32,000 bases of DNA from Gemmata obscuriglobus (GTDB taxonomy: Bacteria; Planctomycetota; Planctomycetia; Gemmatales; Gemmataceae): contig NZ_CP042911.1 in assembly GCF_008065095.1 (NCBI RefSeq), positions 5,790,001 to 5,822,000 of the forward strand. Reading direction: 5' to 3'. The position numbers and the translations under genes were made by a program. Shown one piece after another: positions 1 through 9,284 of the stretch; position 1 is the first letter of the stretch, and each line of letters opens with the position of its first letter. Under the pieces are notes generated by a model. It saw only the letters and a program-made list of their open reading frames with translations, did no database searches and was not told the origin of the DNA.

Positions 1-2014
1 ACAGCGTCGCACCGTCGGGCGCGAACGCCCCGGCGCGCAGGTCGCCGGTGTCATCGGTTGCGATGACGGCCCCGGACGGCAGTTCGACCCAACCCGGGCG
101 CGGGCTCCGCGCGACGCGCCCGTCGGGGGCCACGGCCAGCACGCCCGCCCCGCCCGCGGGCCGAACCCAAAAGGGCCAGGGCGGGGCCGCAATCGGCCCG
201 CCGGCCGCGAACCCGATGCTAAGTGCGCCGGCGCCGGTCGGAGCCAGGGTCCCGGTCGGCCCAACGGCCCAAACGAGCGCCCCGGTGAGGCCGTTCGGAA
301 CCGGACCGCCGGTCACGATCTGCGCCCCGCTCCGGTCGAACGCGACGCGGGACACCTCGCCCTCGTGGGCCTTGAGCGTGCCGAGCTGTGCCGCCGTCGT
401 CCGGTCCCACACCGCGAGCGTGCCGTCGGCGTGCCCGCTCGCGAGCCGGGTGCCGTCGGGCGACACGGCCAGCGCCGTTACCGCACCCGCGGGGCACACG
501 ATCACCAGTTGCCCGCCCCTCGTGAGCCGGGCGAGGTGGTCGTGCGCGAACTCGGGCGGGTCCATCACCAGGTCGGACGCGCGGCGGGCGGAGTCTAGCG
601 CCTCGGCGGCGGCCTGCGTGTTCCCGCCGCGCCAAGCGTGGTACCCGTCGCGCACCTGGCGCGCGTACTCGCGCTGCTGGTCCGCCCGGTTCCGCTCCGC
701 CTGGTCCCCCTTCAGCTTGTTGTTGTCGGTTTGCAGGTTCCGCGTCTTGTACGAGTTCCACGTCCCCAGCAGGGTCACGAACAGCGCGATGACGGCCAGC
801 ACCGCGATCGCGACGAGCTGGTCGTTGCGGCGGAGCCACCGGCCGGCGCGGCCGCTCCACGCGAGCGGCCGCGCCACCGTCGGCAGGCCGTCCAGGAACC
901 GCCGCAGGTCGTCCGCCAGGTCGATCGCGGTGCGGTACCGCTCGCCGACCGTACACGCCATCGCCTTCAGGCAGATCGCTTCGAGGTCGCGCGGGAGGTC
1001 GGGCCGCAGCTGTCGCGGCGCGACCGGCCGCCCCTCCACGGACTGCCGGAGCACCTCCACGTCGGTGGCGCCGTCGTAGGGCGCGCGGCCGGCGAGCAGC
1101 TCGTACAGCACCACCCCTAGCGCGTACACGTCCGCCGGCGGGCCGATGTCCTCGCGGCGGGCCTGGGCCTGCTCCGGGGCCATGTACTTCGGCGTCCCCA
1201 GGATCTGCCGCGTGCCCGTTTCCGACGGGCCGCCGCGTTCCGCCACCTTCGCCAGCCCGAAGTCCACCACCCGGGGCACGTAGCACGCGCCCCGGAGCGG
1301 CACCCCGCCCGCCGGCTGCTCGTCGCCCTCCTCGGTTTTCGTTTCCTGGAGCAGCACGTTGTTCGGCTTCAGGTCGCGGTGCAGCACCCCGCGGTCGTGC
1401 GCGTGCTGCACCGCGTCGGCCACCGTCGCCACGAGCCGCGCCGCCTGCCGCACCGGCACGGGGAACGCCTGCCGGTCGAGCCACTCGGCCAGCGTCTGCC
1501 CGGGGCAAAAGGCCGTGGCGATGAAGCACAGCGGCCCGACCTCGCCCCACTCGTACACGGGCACGAGGTTCGGGTGATCGAACTCGGACGCGGCGAGGGC
1601 CTCGAGCTTGAGCCGGCGCTTGGCGTCCGGGTTCATCAGCATCTCGGGCCGCGGCACCTTGAGCGCGACCTCGCGCCGCATCCGCGGGTCGTAGGCCAGG
1701 AACACGATCCCGCACCCGCCCTTGCCGAGCTGGCGGCGCAGCTCGAACCGCCCGATCCGGTGCCCCCCGCCGAGCGGCGGCAGGTGCAGCGGCCGGACCG
1801 GGTCCGGGAGCATCTCGCTCGCGGCCCCCTCGTGGGCCGCCCCGGAGTGCAGCGGCGTGACGGGCCGCTCGGGCGTGAGGGCCGGGTCACTCAGCGGGGG
1901 AAAATGGACCTGGAGCGTCGGCGCGCGACCGTCCCCCCCGTCGAGTTCCTGGTCGTACGCCGCCAGGAACCGCGCGAGGTTCTCGTCGAGCTTCAGCGAG
2001 TCGGACGAATCCAT
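1..2014 (-). CDS. Ser/Thr protein kinase (Hanks type) with a transmembrane segment and C-terminal WD40-like repeats. The 3' end runs off the left edge of the window.
   Basis: Absent from the ORF track because there is no stop in the window. My own translation from the ATG (complement of 2012-2014) gives MDSSDSLKLDENLARFLAAYDQ... The kinase motifs are GKGGCGIVFLA / VALKV, HRDLKPNNVLL, DFGLAK, GTPKYMAPEQ and DVYALGVVLYELLAGRAPY. These are followed by the hydrophobic LVAIAVLAVIALFVTLLG, then SPDGTRLASGHADGTLAVWD and KAHEGEVSRVAFDRSG (WD40-like). The reading frame stays open down to base 1. Confidence 0.9.
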   Translation of the reverse strand, partial: MDSSDSLKLDENLARFLAAYDQELDGGDGRAPTLQVHFPPLSDPALTPERPVTPLHSGAAHEGAASEMLPDPVRPLHLPPLGGGHRIGRFELRRQLGKGGCGIVFLAYDPRMRREVALKVPRPEMLMNPDAKRRLKLEALAASEFDHPNLVPVYEWGEVGPLCFIATAFCPGQTLAEWLDRQAFPVPVRQAARLVATVADAVQHAHDRGVLHRDLKPNNVLLQETKTEEGDEQPAGGVPLRGACYVPRVVDFGLAKVAERGGPSETGTRQILGTPKYMAPEQAQARREDIGPPADVYALGVVLYELLAGRAPYDGATDVEVLRQSVEGRPVAPRQLRPDLPRDLEAICLKAMACTVGERYRTAIDLADDLRRFLDGLPTVARPLAWSGRAGRWLRRNDQLVAIAVLAVIALFVTLLGTWNSYKTRNLQTDNNKLKGDQAERNRADQQREYARQVRDGYHAWRGGNTQAAAEALDSARRASDLVMDPPEFAHDHLARLTRGGQLVIVCPAGAVTALAVSPDGTRLASGHADGTLAVWDRTTAAQLGTLKAHEGEVSRVAFDRSGAQIVTGGPVPNGLTGALVWAVGPTGTLAPTGAGALSIGFAAGGPIAAPPWPFWVRPAGGAGVLAVAPDGRVARSPRPGWVELPSGAVIATDDTGDLRAGAFAPDGATL

Positions 2015-2168
2015 CAGTACGAGACCGGACGTGAGCTTGGGGCGAACTGCGGACCCGACCCGACCCGAGTTTACCACATTCGGTGCGACCCGCAGAACCG
2101 CGATTCTGTGAAATCCTCTCGCCCCGGCCCGGGTACTCCCACTCATAATGAACGGCGGAGGGAACGCG

Positions 2169-3191
2169 ATGAAGGCACTTGTTCTGAACGGCGGGTTCGG
2201 GTTGGACCACCTCGCGCTCGAAGAACGGCCGGAGCCGGTGCCGGGGGCGGGCGAGGTGCTGGTGCGGGTCCGGGCCGCGTCGCTCAACTTCCGCGACCTG
2301 ATGCTCGTGAAAGGCCAGTACAACCCGAAGCTCGCGATGCCGCGGGTGATGGGCTCCGACGCCGCGGGCGAGGTGGTCGCCGCGGGCGCGGGTGTCACGC
2401 GGTTCAAACCGGGCGACCGGGTCGCGAACACCTTCATGCCGCTGTGGGAAGAGGGGGCGATCACCGGCGCCGCGGCCGGAGCCACATACGGTAGCGAGCG
2501 GGACGGGGTGTTCGCCGAACTCGTCGCCGTTCACGAGCGCGCGCTCGTGGCGGTCCCGCCGCACCTCAGTTACGAAGAGGCGGCGACGCTCCCCTGCGCC
2601 GCGGTGACCGCCTGGAACGCGCTGACGGCCGCCGGCACCGGCCCCGGCACCACCGTGCTGCTCCAGGGTACCGGGGGCGTGTCGATCTTCGCCCTCCAAC
2701 TGGCAACGGCCCTCGGGGCGCGGGCGCTCATCACCTCCAGCAGCGACGACAAGCTCGCGCGGGCGGCGCGGCTCGGCGCGGCCGCCGGGGTGAACTACCG
2801 CACCGATCCGGACTGGGACAAGTGGGCGCGGCAGCAGACCGGCGGCGCGGGCGCGGACGTGGTGATCGAGGTCGGCGGCGCGGGCACCCTGGACCGGTCG
2901 ATCCGGGCGGTCAAAACGGGCGGGCACGTCGCGGTCATCGGGGTGCTGACCGGCGGCGGTACGGTAAACCCCGTACCGGTACTGATGAAGGCCGTCCGAC
3001 TCCAGGGGGTGTTCGTCGGGTCCCGGGCCATGTTCGAGGAGATGAACCGGGTGATCACCGAAAGGCAGATCCGGCCGGTCGTCGACCGCACGTTCCCGTT
3101 CGCGGACGCCGTGGCCGCGCTGCGCCACATGGAAGGCGGCTCGCACTTCGGAAAGGTCGTGCTGAGCATGACCGCTCCCGGCCACGGCTGA
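2169..3191 (+). CDS. Zinc-type alcohol dehydrogenase / quinone oxidoreductase family protein (MDR superfamily)
   Basis: The ORF is 2148..3191. I prefer the internal ATG at 2169 because GGAGGG (2157-2162) lies 6 nt upstream. MKALVLNG...GEVLVRVRAASLNFRDLMLVKGQY and the Rossmann-like VLLQGTGGVSIFALQLA are typical of NADPH:quinone reductase-like MDRs. Confidence 0.88.
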   Translation: MKALVLNGGFGLDHLALEERPEPVPGAGEVLVRVRAASLNFRDLMLVKGQYNPKLAMPRVMGSDAAGEVVAAGAGVTRFKPGDRVANTFMPLWEEGAITGAAAGATYGSERDGVFAELVAVHERALVAVPPHLSYEEAATLPCAAVTAWNALTAAGTGPGTTVLLQGTGGVSIFALQLATALGARALITSSSDDKLARAARLGAAAGVNYRTDPDWDKWARQQTGGAGADVVIEVGGAGTLDRSIRAVKTGGHVAVIGVLTGGGTVNPVPVLMKAVRLQGVFVGSRAMFEEMNRVITERQIRPVVDRTFPFADAVAALRHMEGGSHFGKVVLSMTAPGHG

Positions 3192-3217
3192 ATGCCGCCG
3201 TTCTGGTCGACCGACTG

Positions 3218-3370
3218 ATACCAAATCCGGTTAAAGAGTAACCGCTTGACAGCGGCGTAGGTTGCACCCGCCGGCTGACACCGGCGGTTCGACTGTGGCT
3301 CGTCGAACCGCCGGTGTCAGCCGGCGGGTGGCGTTCCCAATCACCGATACTCTTCAATCGGACTTGGTAT
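3218..3370. repeat. Composite imperfect palindrome. A perfect 27-bp GC-rich inverted repeat (3267-3293 / 3302-3328, 8-nt loop) is nested inside 27-nt outer arms (3218-3244 / 3344-3370, 22/27 complementary).
   Basis: Read directly: CCCGCCGGCTGACACCGGCGGTTCGAC-tgtggctc-GTCGAACCGCCGGTGTCAGCCGGCGGG. The outer arms are ATACCAAATCCGGTTAAAGAGTAACCG and CCGATACTCTTCAATCGGACTTGGTAT. Each core arm is itself a small palindrome (CCGCCGG-ctgaca-CCGGCGG). Confidence 0.85.
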
Positions 3371-3545
3371 GAGGTGAGATTGTGAGGGATACGCGGAATG
3401 TACCGGTCAATTGGCCGGCGCAGTTCGGCGGAACCGGCACCACGACGCATCAGAACAACCTTGCGGGTGGCGGTCCGCAAGCCGATAGCCGATAATGGCG
3501 CGGTCGGCGGTGCCGACGCCCCACCCCACACGGAGCCTCACCCGA

Positions 3546-4403
3546 ATGCGCCTCCTGTCTAACCTTCTCCCGGCCACCTCACTTGTGGTTCTCGCACTGG
3601 CGCTGGGCGGGCCGTCCCGCGGCGCGGCCCCCGCGGACGCCAAACCGGTTCGCGCCCTCTTGGTCATCGGCGGGTGCTGCCACGATTACAAGAAGCAACA
3701 AGAGCTGCTCACGAAAGGCATTTCGGCACGGGCCAACGTTCAGTGGGCCGTCGCCTACGACCCCGACACGACCACGAAGCACATGAACCCCGTTTACGAG
3801 AAGGACGACTGGGCGAAGGGCTTCGATGTGGTGGTTCACGACGAGTGCAGCGCCGACGTCAAGGACCCGAAAATCGTCGAGCGCATTCTGAAGCCGCACA
3901 AGGAAGGGCTGCCGGGGGTGGTGCTGCACTGCGCGATGCACAGCTACCGCACCGAGGGGTTCCCGAAATCGACCCCGTGGTTCGACTTCACCGGCCTGGC
4001 CACGACCGGCCACGGGCCGCAAATGCCGATCGACGTTCGCTACATCGACCGGGAGAGCCCGATCACGAAAGGGCTTGGCGACTGGAAAACCATCAACGAA
4101 GAACTTTACAACAACGTGACGGGTAAACTGCTCGCGACCGCCCAACCGCTCGCGAAGGGCAAGCAGGCCCTCAAGAGCCGGGACGGCAAGGAGCGCGTGG
4201 ACGAGGCCGTGGTCACCTGGACCAACACCTACAACGGCAAAACCAAGGTGTTCGCGACGACGCTCGGGCACAACAACGACACGGTCGCCGACGCGAAGTA
4301 CCTCGACCTGGTCGCGCGGGGGCTGCTGTGGTCGGTCGGGAAGCTGGACGACGCGCACCTGAAGCCGGCCGCGAAGGTGCTGCTCAGCGACTCCGACAAG
4401 TGA
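3546..4403 (+). CDS. Secreted ThuA-like domain protein (trehalose-utilisation/class-I amidotransferase-like fold)
   Basis: The ORF is 3495..4403. The start is set at ATG 3546 so that the protein begins with a signal-peptide-like MRLLSNLLPATSLVVLALALGGPSRGAAPADA. The body carries ThuA-like blocks: RALLVIGGCCHDY, FDVVVHDEC, VVLHCAMHSYR and WTNTYNGKTKVFATTLGHNNDT. Confidence 0.8.
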   Translation: MRLLSNLLPATSLVVLALALGGPSRGAAPADAKPVRALLVIGGCCHDYKKQQELLTKGISARANVQWAVAYDPDTTTKHMNPVYEKDDWAKGFDVVVHDECSADVKDPKIVERILKPHKEGLPGVVLHCAMHSYRTEGFPKSTPWFDFTGLATTGHGPQMPIDVRYIDRESPITKGLGDWKTINEELYNNVTGKLLATAQPLAKGKQALKSRDGKERVDEAVVTWTNTYNGKTKVFATTLGHNNDTVADAKYLDLVARGLLWSVGKLDDAHLKPAAKVLLSDSDK

Positions 4404-4572
4404 CACCGGTTCGGGATGTCCCGTTCCAGGTTCCCACTCAAGAGCAGAACCGGCGGCCGCAGTTGCGCTGCGCGTTCACGAGCCGCGACCGCCGGAGAGC
4501 GGGTGACGTACCTCACTCGCTGGCGATCGCGGCATCATAAACAATACAACAATACCACATACACAAACACAT

Positions 4573-6465
4573 TCAGCTCCCGGCCTCGCGGGCCTCAAGT
4601 TCCCGGAGCGGGATGCGGGCGATGATGGTGGTGCCGCTGCCCGGAGCGGAATCGATTTCCAGCTCCCCGCCGAGCAGGTCCACCCGCTCCCGCATCCCGA
4701 TCAGCCCCAGCCCGCCCCGGCGCCCGGGGATCGCGGCCCTGGGCACGCTGTCCGGGTCGAACCCGAACCCGTCGTCCTCGACCACCGCGACGGCCTCGTC
4801 CCCGCGGCGCCCGACCACCACCGCCACCCGCCGGGCGCCGGCGTACCGGGCCGCGTTCGTCAGCGCCTCCTGCACCACCCGGTACAGGGCCGTCTCGATC
4901 TCACGGGGGAGCCGGTCGCCCGCGGCGCCGACCGCCTGGAAGTCCACCGGCACCTTCGCCCGCGCGGACCACTCGGCGGCCAGCTCGCGGGCCGCGGCCG
5001 CGAGGCCCAGGTCGTCGAGCGCCGTCGGCCGCAGCCGCACGGCCACGTCGTGCAGCTCGCGGCTCAGCTCGTCGGCCAGCCGGCGGACCTGCTCGATTTG
5101 GCCGGCGGCGGCGGCGAGCGCCAGGCCGGTCAGGGTCTGGCCGACGGTGTCGTGCAGGTCGCGGGCGAGCCGCTGGCGCTCCTCTTCCTGGGCGGTCCCG
5201 AGCCGCCGCGCGAACTCGGTGCGGCGCAGCATCTCGGACGCCCGCGACTCCAGCGCCGCGGCCAGCTCCTGGGTCCGCGCGGCCACCTTCTCCTCCAGCA
5301 GGTCGCGGTTCTGGCGCAGCTCGTCCTCCATCCGCTTGCGCTCGGACAGGTCCCGCAGCACCTTGACGAACCCGCGCCCGCCCGCGAGCGGGGTCAGCGC
5401 GCCGGACGCGAAGAACCGCTCCGCCCCCTTGCGCAGGTGCCACCGCTCGTCGGCCACGCTCCCGGTGCGGAGGGCCACCGCGACCTCGGCGCCGGGCACC
5501 CCGGCCGCCCGGTCCTCGGGGGTGAAGAGTTCGTCCACGGGCCGGCCCACGATCTCCGCCGCCGTGTACCCGAACACCGCCTCCGCGCCGGGGCTCCAAT
5601 CGCTCACCGTGAGGTCCGGGGCGAGCGTGAAGATGGCGTGGTCGGTGGCGCTGGCGAGGATCAGTTGGAGCCGCTCGGCCCCGGTCCGGGCCGCCTCCTC
5701 GGCGTGGACGCGGTCGGTGATGTCGTAAGACACGGCGAGCGCGGCCACGACCGTTCCGCCGTCCTCGCGGAGCGGCACGCCGTGCGTGATGAAGTGGCGC
5801 CCGTGCGCCGCGCGTTCGACCCGGAACGGCTCGCCGGCCAGTGCGGCGCGGTAATGCGGCTCGTAGACGGCGGCCAGCTCCGGGCCGAACGCTTCCGCGA
5901 GCGTCTTCCCCTCCAAATCGGCAACCGAAAACCCGAGAACCCGAAACGCCTCGCCCTCGGCGAGGAGGCACCGGAGGTCGGGGCCGATGATGACGGCGGC
6001 CCCGTTGGGCAGGTTGGCGGCGATGGCCCGGTACCGTGCCGCGCGGGTCCGGAGCGCGGCCTCGGTGCCCTTCAGATCGGTCACGTCCACGCACACACCG
6101 GCCAGCGCCTGCGCACCGCCCGCACCGCCCGCCGTGCGGAGCCAGCGGGCCGAACCGTCCGGCAACGGCACGCGAAAATCGACCCGGAGCGGGGCCGCGC
6201 CGCGAACCGCCGCCCCGACCGCGGCGCGCACGGCCCCGCGGTCGTCCGGGTGCACGTGGGCGAAGAACTCGTCGAGCGCCCCCGCCGTTTCCGCCGCGGC
6301 CAGCCCGAGCAGCCGGTTCAGGTCCGCGTCCCGCGTGTGCGTCCCGGCGCGCGGGTCCATCGTCCAGTGACCGACACCGGCGCCCCCCGGCCGCGCGGTA
6401 CGGGCCGCCGATTGGCCGGCAGCCTCACCGGCTCCGTCGGTTGTATGCGGGATCAGCTCGGACAT
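4573..6465 (-). CDS. Multi-PAS sensor histidine kinase, HisKA_3 (NarX/LiaS-like) class
   Basis: 630-aa ORF starting at an ATG. It has PAS-like repeats in the N-terminal two thirds. The H-box is RLARDLHDTVGQTLTGL. The ATPase motifs are QEALTNAARYAGA, VEDDGFGFD, GGLGLIGMRERV and GSGTTIIARIPL. Confidence 0.88.
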   Translation of the reverse strand: MSELIPHTTDGAGEAAGQSAARTARPGGAGVGHWTMDPRAGTHTRDADLNRLLGLAAAETAGALDEFFAHVHPDDRGAVRAAVGAAVRGAAPLRVDFRVPLPDGSARWLRTAGGAGGAQALAGVCVDVTDLKGTEAALRTRAARYRAIAANLPNGAAVIIGPDLRCLLAEGEAFRVLGFSVADLEGKTLAEAFGPELAAVYEPHYRAALAGEPFRVERAAHGRHFITHGVPLREDGGTVVAALAVSYDITDRVHAEEAARTGAERLQLILASATDHAIFTLAPDLTVSDWSPGAEAVFGYTAAEIVGRPVDELFTPEDRAAGVPGAEVAVALRTGSVADERWHLRKGAERFFASGALTPLAGGRGFVKVLRDLSERKRMEDELRQNRDLLEEKVAARTQELAAALESRASEMLRRTEFARRLGTAQEEERQRLARDLHDTVGQTLTGLALAAAAGQIEQVRRLADELSRELHDVAVRLRPTALDDLGLAAAARELAAEWSARAKVPVDFQAVGAAGDRLPREIETALYRVVQEALTNAARYAGARRVAVVVGRRGDEAVAVVEDDGFGFDPDSVPRAAIPGRRGGLGLIGMRERVDLLGGELEIDSAPGSGTTIIARIPLRELEAREAGS

Positions 6466-6692
6466 GTGTTAAGGCTCGCGCAGTGCCGGAACGGGCGAGC
6501 CAGCACCGGACCATTCTATCGGCCCGCCGCGCGTTGCGGCACCGGAGCCCCCACGCGCCGCCTATACTGTGCTTCGGATGACACCCGATCACGCGGGCCG
6601 TTGATGTCCCGTCTTCTGTTCGCCGCGCTTCTCGCGCTCGCCGGTCAAGGGCTTGCCAGGCCCGCGCGGCCGCTGACTCCGGGGGGCACCTC

Positions 6693-9284
6693 TTACCGCG
6701 GAACCTCGAACGGCTGCGACTCGGCCACCGGCACGGCTGAGGAGCCCGCACACAGCGCCTGCAACTCCACCAAAAGCTGGACCGCCGCGAACGGCTTGTG
6801 CAAGAACCGGTCCCCTTCGCGCGGCATCGTGTTCTGGGGCAGCTCCTCGCGCGGGTAGCCGGAAATGAACAGCACCCGGATGTCCGGGCACCGGAGGCGG
6901 ACCTGTTCCGCCAGTTGCGGCCCGCTCAGTTCGGGCATGACGATGTCGGTGATCAGAACGGCAAACGGTTCGCTGGCGTGCCGGATCAGATCGAGGGCCG
7001 CGCCGGGCGCATCGGCTTCAACAACAATGACCCCGGCGTACCGGAGGATCGCGGCGGTCGTCGCGCGGACCGACGGGTCGTCGTCCACGAGGAGCACCGG
7101 CCCGACCGCGGGCGCCGGCCGGGGCCGGCCCGGGGTCGCACGCGCCGCTCTGTTTCCCGCGCTGCGGTCCCCGGGCAGGTCGATCGAGAACGTGGTCCCC
7201 TGCCCCACCGCCGATTCGAGCGCGATCGTGCCGCCCAGGCCGTTAACGATCCCGTACACGGTCGCCAGCCCCAGCCCCGTCCCCTTCCCGACGGGCTTCG
7301 TGGTGAAGAACGGCTCGAACACCCGGGCCTTGGTCGCGTCGTCCATGCCGCACCCGTTGTCCGACACGACCAGCCGCGCGACGGGGCGGCCGGCGACCGC
7401 GACGCAGCGGGTGCGCAGGCCCAGTTCACCGGCCCCGTCCATCGCGTCCCGCGCGTTCGTGGCCAGGTTCAGCACGAGCTGCGTCAGCACCCCCCGGTCC
7501 GCCCGCACCGGGGGCAGGTCCGGCGCGTAATCGGTCACGACCCGGACGCCGTCCCCGACCGCCGGGCGGACCAGCTTCTCGATCTCTTGGAGCACCTCGT
7601 TGAGGTCCATCGGCTCCAGCGCGATCGGGTTGCGGCGCGAGAACGTGAGCAGCTGGCCGGTCAGGTCGGCCCCGCGCTCGCCGGCCTGGATCACGGTGCG
7701 CAGCAGCTCGTCGGCCGGGGACGCCGCGGGCACCAGGTCGCGCACCAGTTGCCCGGAGCCGAGGATGACGGTGAGCAGGTTGTTGAAGTCGTGCGCAATC
7801 CCGCCGACGAGCCGGCCGAGCGCCTCGAGCCGCCGGGACTCCTGGAGCGAGCGGCTCAGCTCGGCCTCGCGCTCGTAGCGGGCGCGGATCTCGGCGGCCT
7901 GGCGCCGGACCTGGCGCCGCAGCGTGAGGATCCATCCGCCGACGAGTAGCCCGGCCACACCGACCCCGACGAGCAGCCGGGTCACGCGCCGGGCGGTCCA
8001 CCAGCTCTCCGGCGGCGGCGGAGGCGGCCGGCTCCGCACGAAAACGTCTTCGGGGCTGTTGATCCGGATGCACAACGCGTCCCCTTCTTGCTGCGCGGCC
8101 ACCGGGAAGACGACGCCCGTGATGGTGACCTGCGTCCCGGGTTCGAGGTCCCCCAGCGCGGCCCCGTCCGGGCCGGAGTAGGCGACGACGAACTGCCGCC
8201 CCATGTCGGTGCAGGTGACGAGCCACTCGCCGTCCCGCTCGGCGGCGGCGGCGCGCACCTCGCCCGCGACTTCAACCAGCCGCCCCCACCTCGCGTCGCG
8301 AAGGATCTGGTCCGCACTGGTCGGGAACGGCGCCGGGGCGGTCCGGGGCGGCCCCGCCAACGAAACGACGGCGTGCTCGAGCCGAATCGCGCTCGACCGG
8401 GGTGAGCTGTACCCCCGCACCAGAACAGCCGCTCCGACGCGCAGATCCGTCGGCTCGCTCGGGTAAACGAGCGCCGCGCCCGTGTCGTCTTGCACGGCGA
8501 TCTCTTGAACCTTGTTCTTCTCCAGCGCGTAGGTCACGACCCCGCGGACCGCGACCGGGCGCGCGAACGGGGCCGGCCCGGTCACGAACCCGCGGTGCAC
8601 GTTCGCGATCGGGATCGGCGCCGTCGAACCGTTCGACTCCGGGAGCGGTTCGATGTCGTCGAGCGATGCGACCAGGAACCGCCCGACCGCCGACGCCGTT
8701 CCGGTGTTCGGGTCGTGGCGCGGGGAGTTGCAGACGCCGCGGAACCGAACGACCGAACCGACGAGCGCCGCGGCCCGGCTCAGGTTCAGCCCGTTGTCGG
8801 GCACGTTGATCACGGCCGTCCCCTTGGCGGTCGCGACCGAAAAGAGCACGCGGACGCCGTTGTACTGGTACCGCTGCACGTACACCCGCCCCTCGACGTA
8901 CCGGGCGTCGAGCCACCGGTTGTCGTCGGGATCGAGGTTGTGCAGCTCCGGCGCGGGGAACTCGGCCGAGCCGATTTTGCGCACCCCGGTCGCCACAACC
9001 GCCGGTGCAAAGGTCCCCGGGGCGGTGAACCCGGTCAGGATCACCCGGTCCCCCGGCGCGAGCCCGAGCGCCAGCGGGGACTCTTCCACGTACACGCCCG
9101 CCGTAACGTCCTGAACGAAAAAGTCGCGAAGGTGCCGGTTCACAAACGTAACAGCAACCGTCAGCTCGACCGGGCGTCGTTCCGCGGCGTCCGCTTTGCT
9201 CAGCGCGCGAACGTCGGCCACCTGCGTGAGCGGGGCCGGCCCCGGCGGCTCGAGTCCGATCAGCAGGAGCAGCGCGAGGGGCAT
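6693..9284 (-). CDS. Hybrid sensor histidine kinase / response regulator with a large N-terminal extracytoplasmic domain
   Basis: 863-aa ORF. There is an N-terminal hydrophobic leader, a ~420-aa beta-rich domain, and a TM segment VTRLLVGVGVAGLLVGGWILTL. The H-box is GGIAHDFNNLLTVILG. The ATPase motifs are LVLNLATNARDAM, VSDNGCGMD and GKGTGLGLATVYGIV. The C-terminal receiver has VLLVDDDPSVR...LITDIVMPELSG...LFISGY. Confidence 0.9.
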   Translation of the reverse strand: MPLALLLLIGLEPPGPAPLTQVADVRALSKADAAERRPVELTVAVTFVNRHLRDFFVQDVTAGVYVEESPLALGLAPGDRVILTGFTAPGTFAPAVVATGVRKIGSAEFPAPELHNLDPDDNRWLDARYVEGRVYVQRYQYNGVRVLFSVATAKGTAVINVPDNGLNLSRAAALVGSVVRFRGVCNSPRHDPNTGTASAVGRFLVASLDDIEPLPESNGSTAPIPIANVHRGFVTGPAPFARPVAVRGVVTYALEKNKVQEIAVQDDTGAALVYPSEPTDLRVGAAVLVRGYSSPRSSAIRLEHAVVSLAGPPRTAPAPFPTSADQILRDARWGRLVEVAGEVRAAAAERDGEWLVTCTDMGRQFVVAYSGPDGAALGDLEPGTQVTITGVVFPVAAQQEGDALCIRINSPEDVFVRSRPPPPPPESWWTARRVTRLLVGVGVAGLLVGGWILTLRRQVRRQAAEIRARYEREAELSRSLQESRRLEALGRLVGGIAHDFNNLLTVILGSGQLVRDLVPAASPADELLRTVIQAGERGADLTGQLLTFSRRNPIALEPMDLNEVLQEIEKLVRPAVGDGVRVVTDYAPDLPPVRADRGVLTQLVLNLATNARDAMDGAGELGLRTRCVAVAGRPVARLVVSDNGCGMDDATKARVFEPFFTTKPVGKGTGLGLATVYGIVNGLGGTIALESAVGQGTTFSIDLPGDRSAGNRAARATPGRPRPAPAVGPVLLVDDDPSVRATTAAILRYAGVIVVEADAPGAALDLIRHASEPFAVLITDIVMPELSGPQLAEQVRLRCPDIRVLFISGYPREELPQNTMPREGDRFLHKPFAAVQLLVELQALCAGSSAVPVAESQPFEVPR

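Noticed and set aside
3280-3312. GGTTCGA-containing segment resembling a tRNA T-arm.
   Set aside because: It is simply part of the 27-bp palindrome. No acceptor stem, D-arm or anticodon arm can be built around it.
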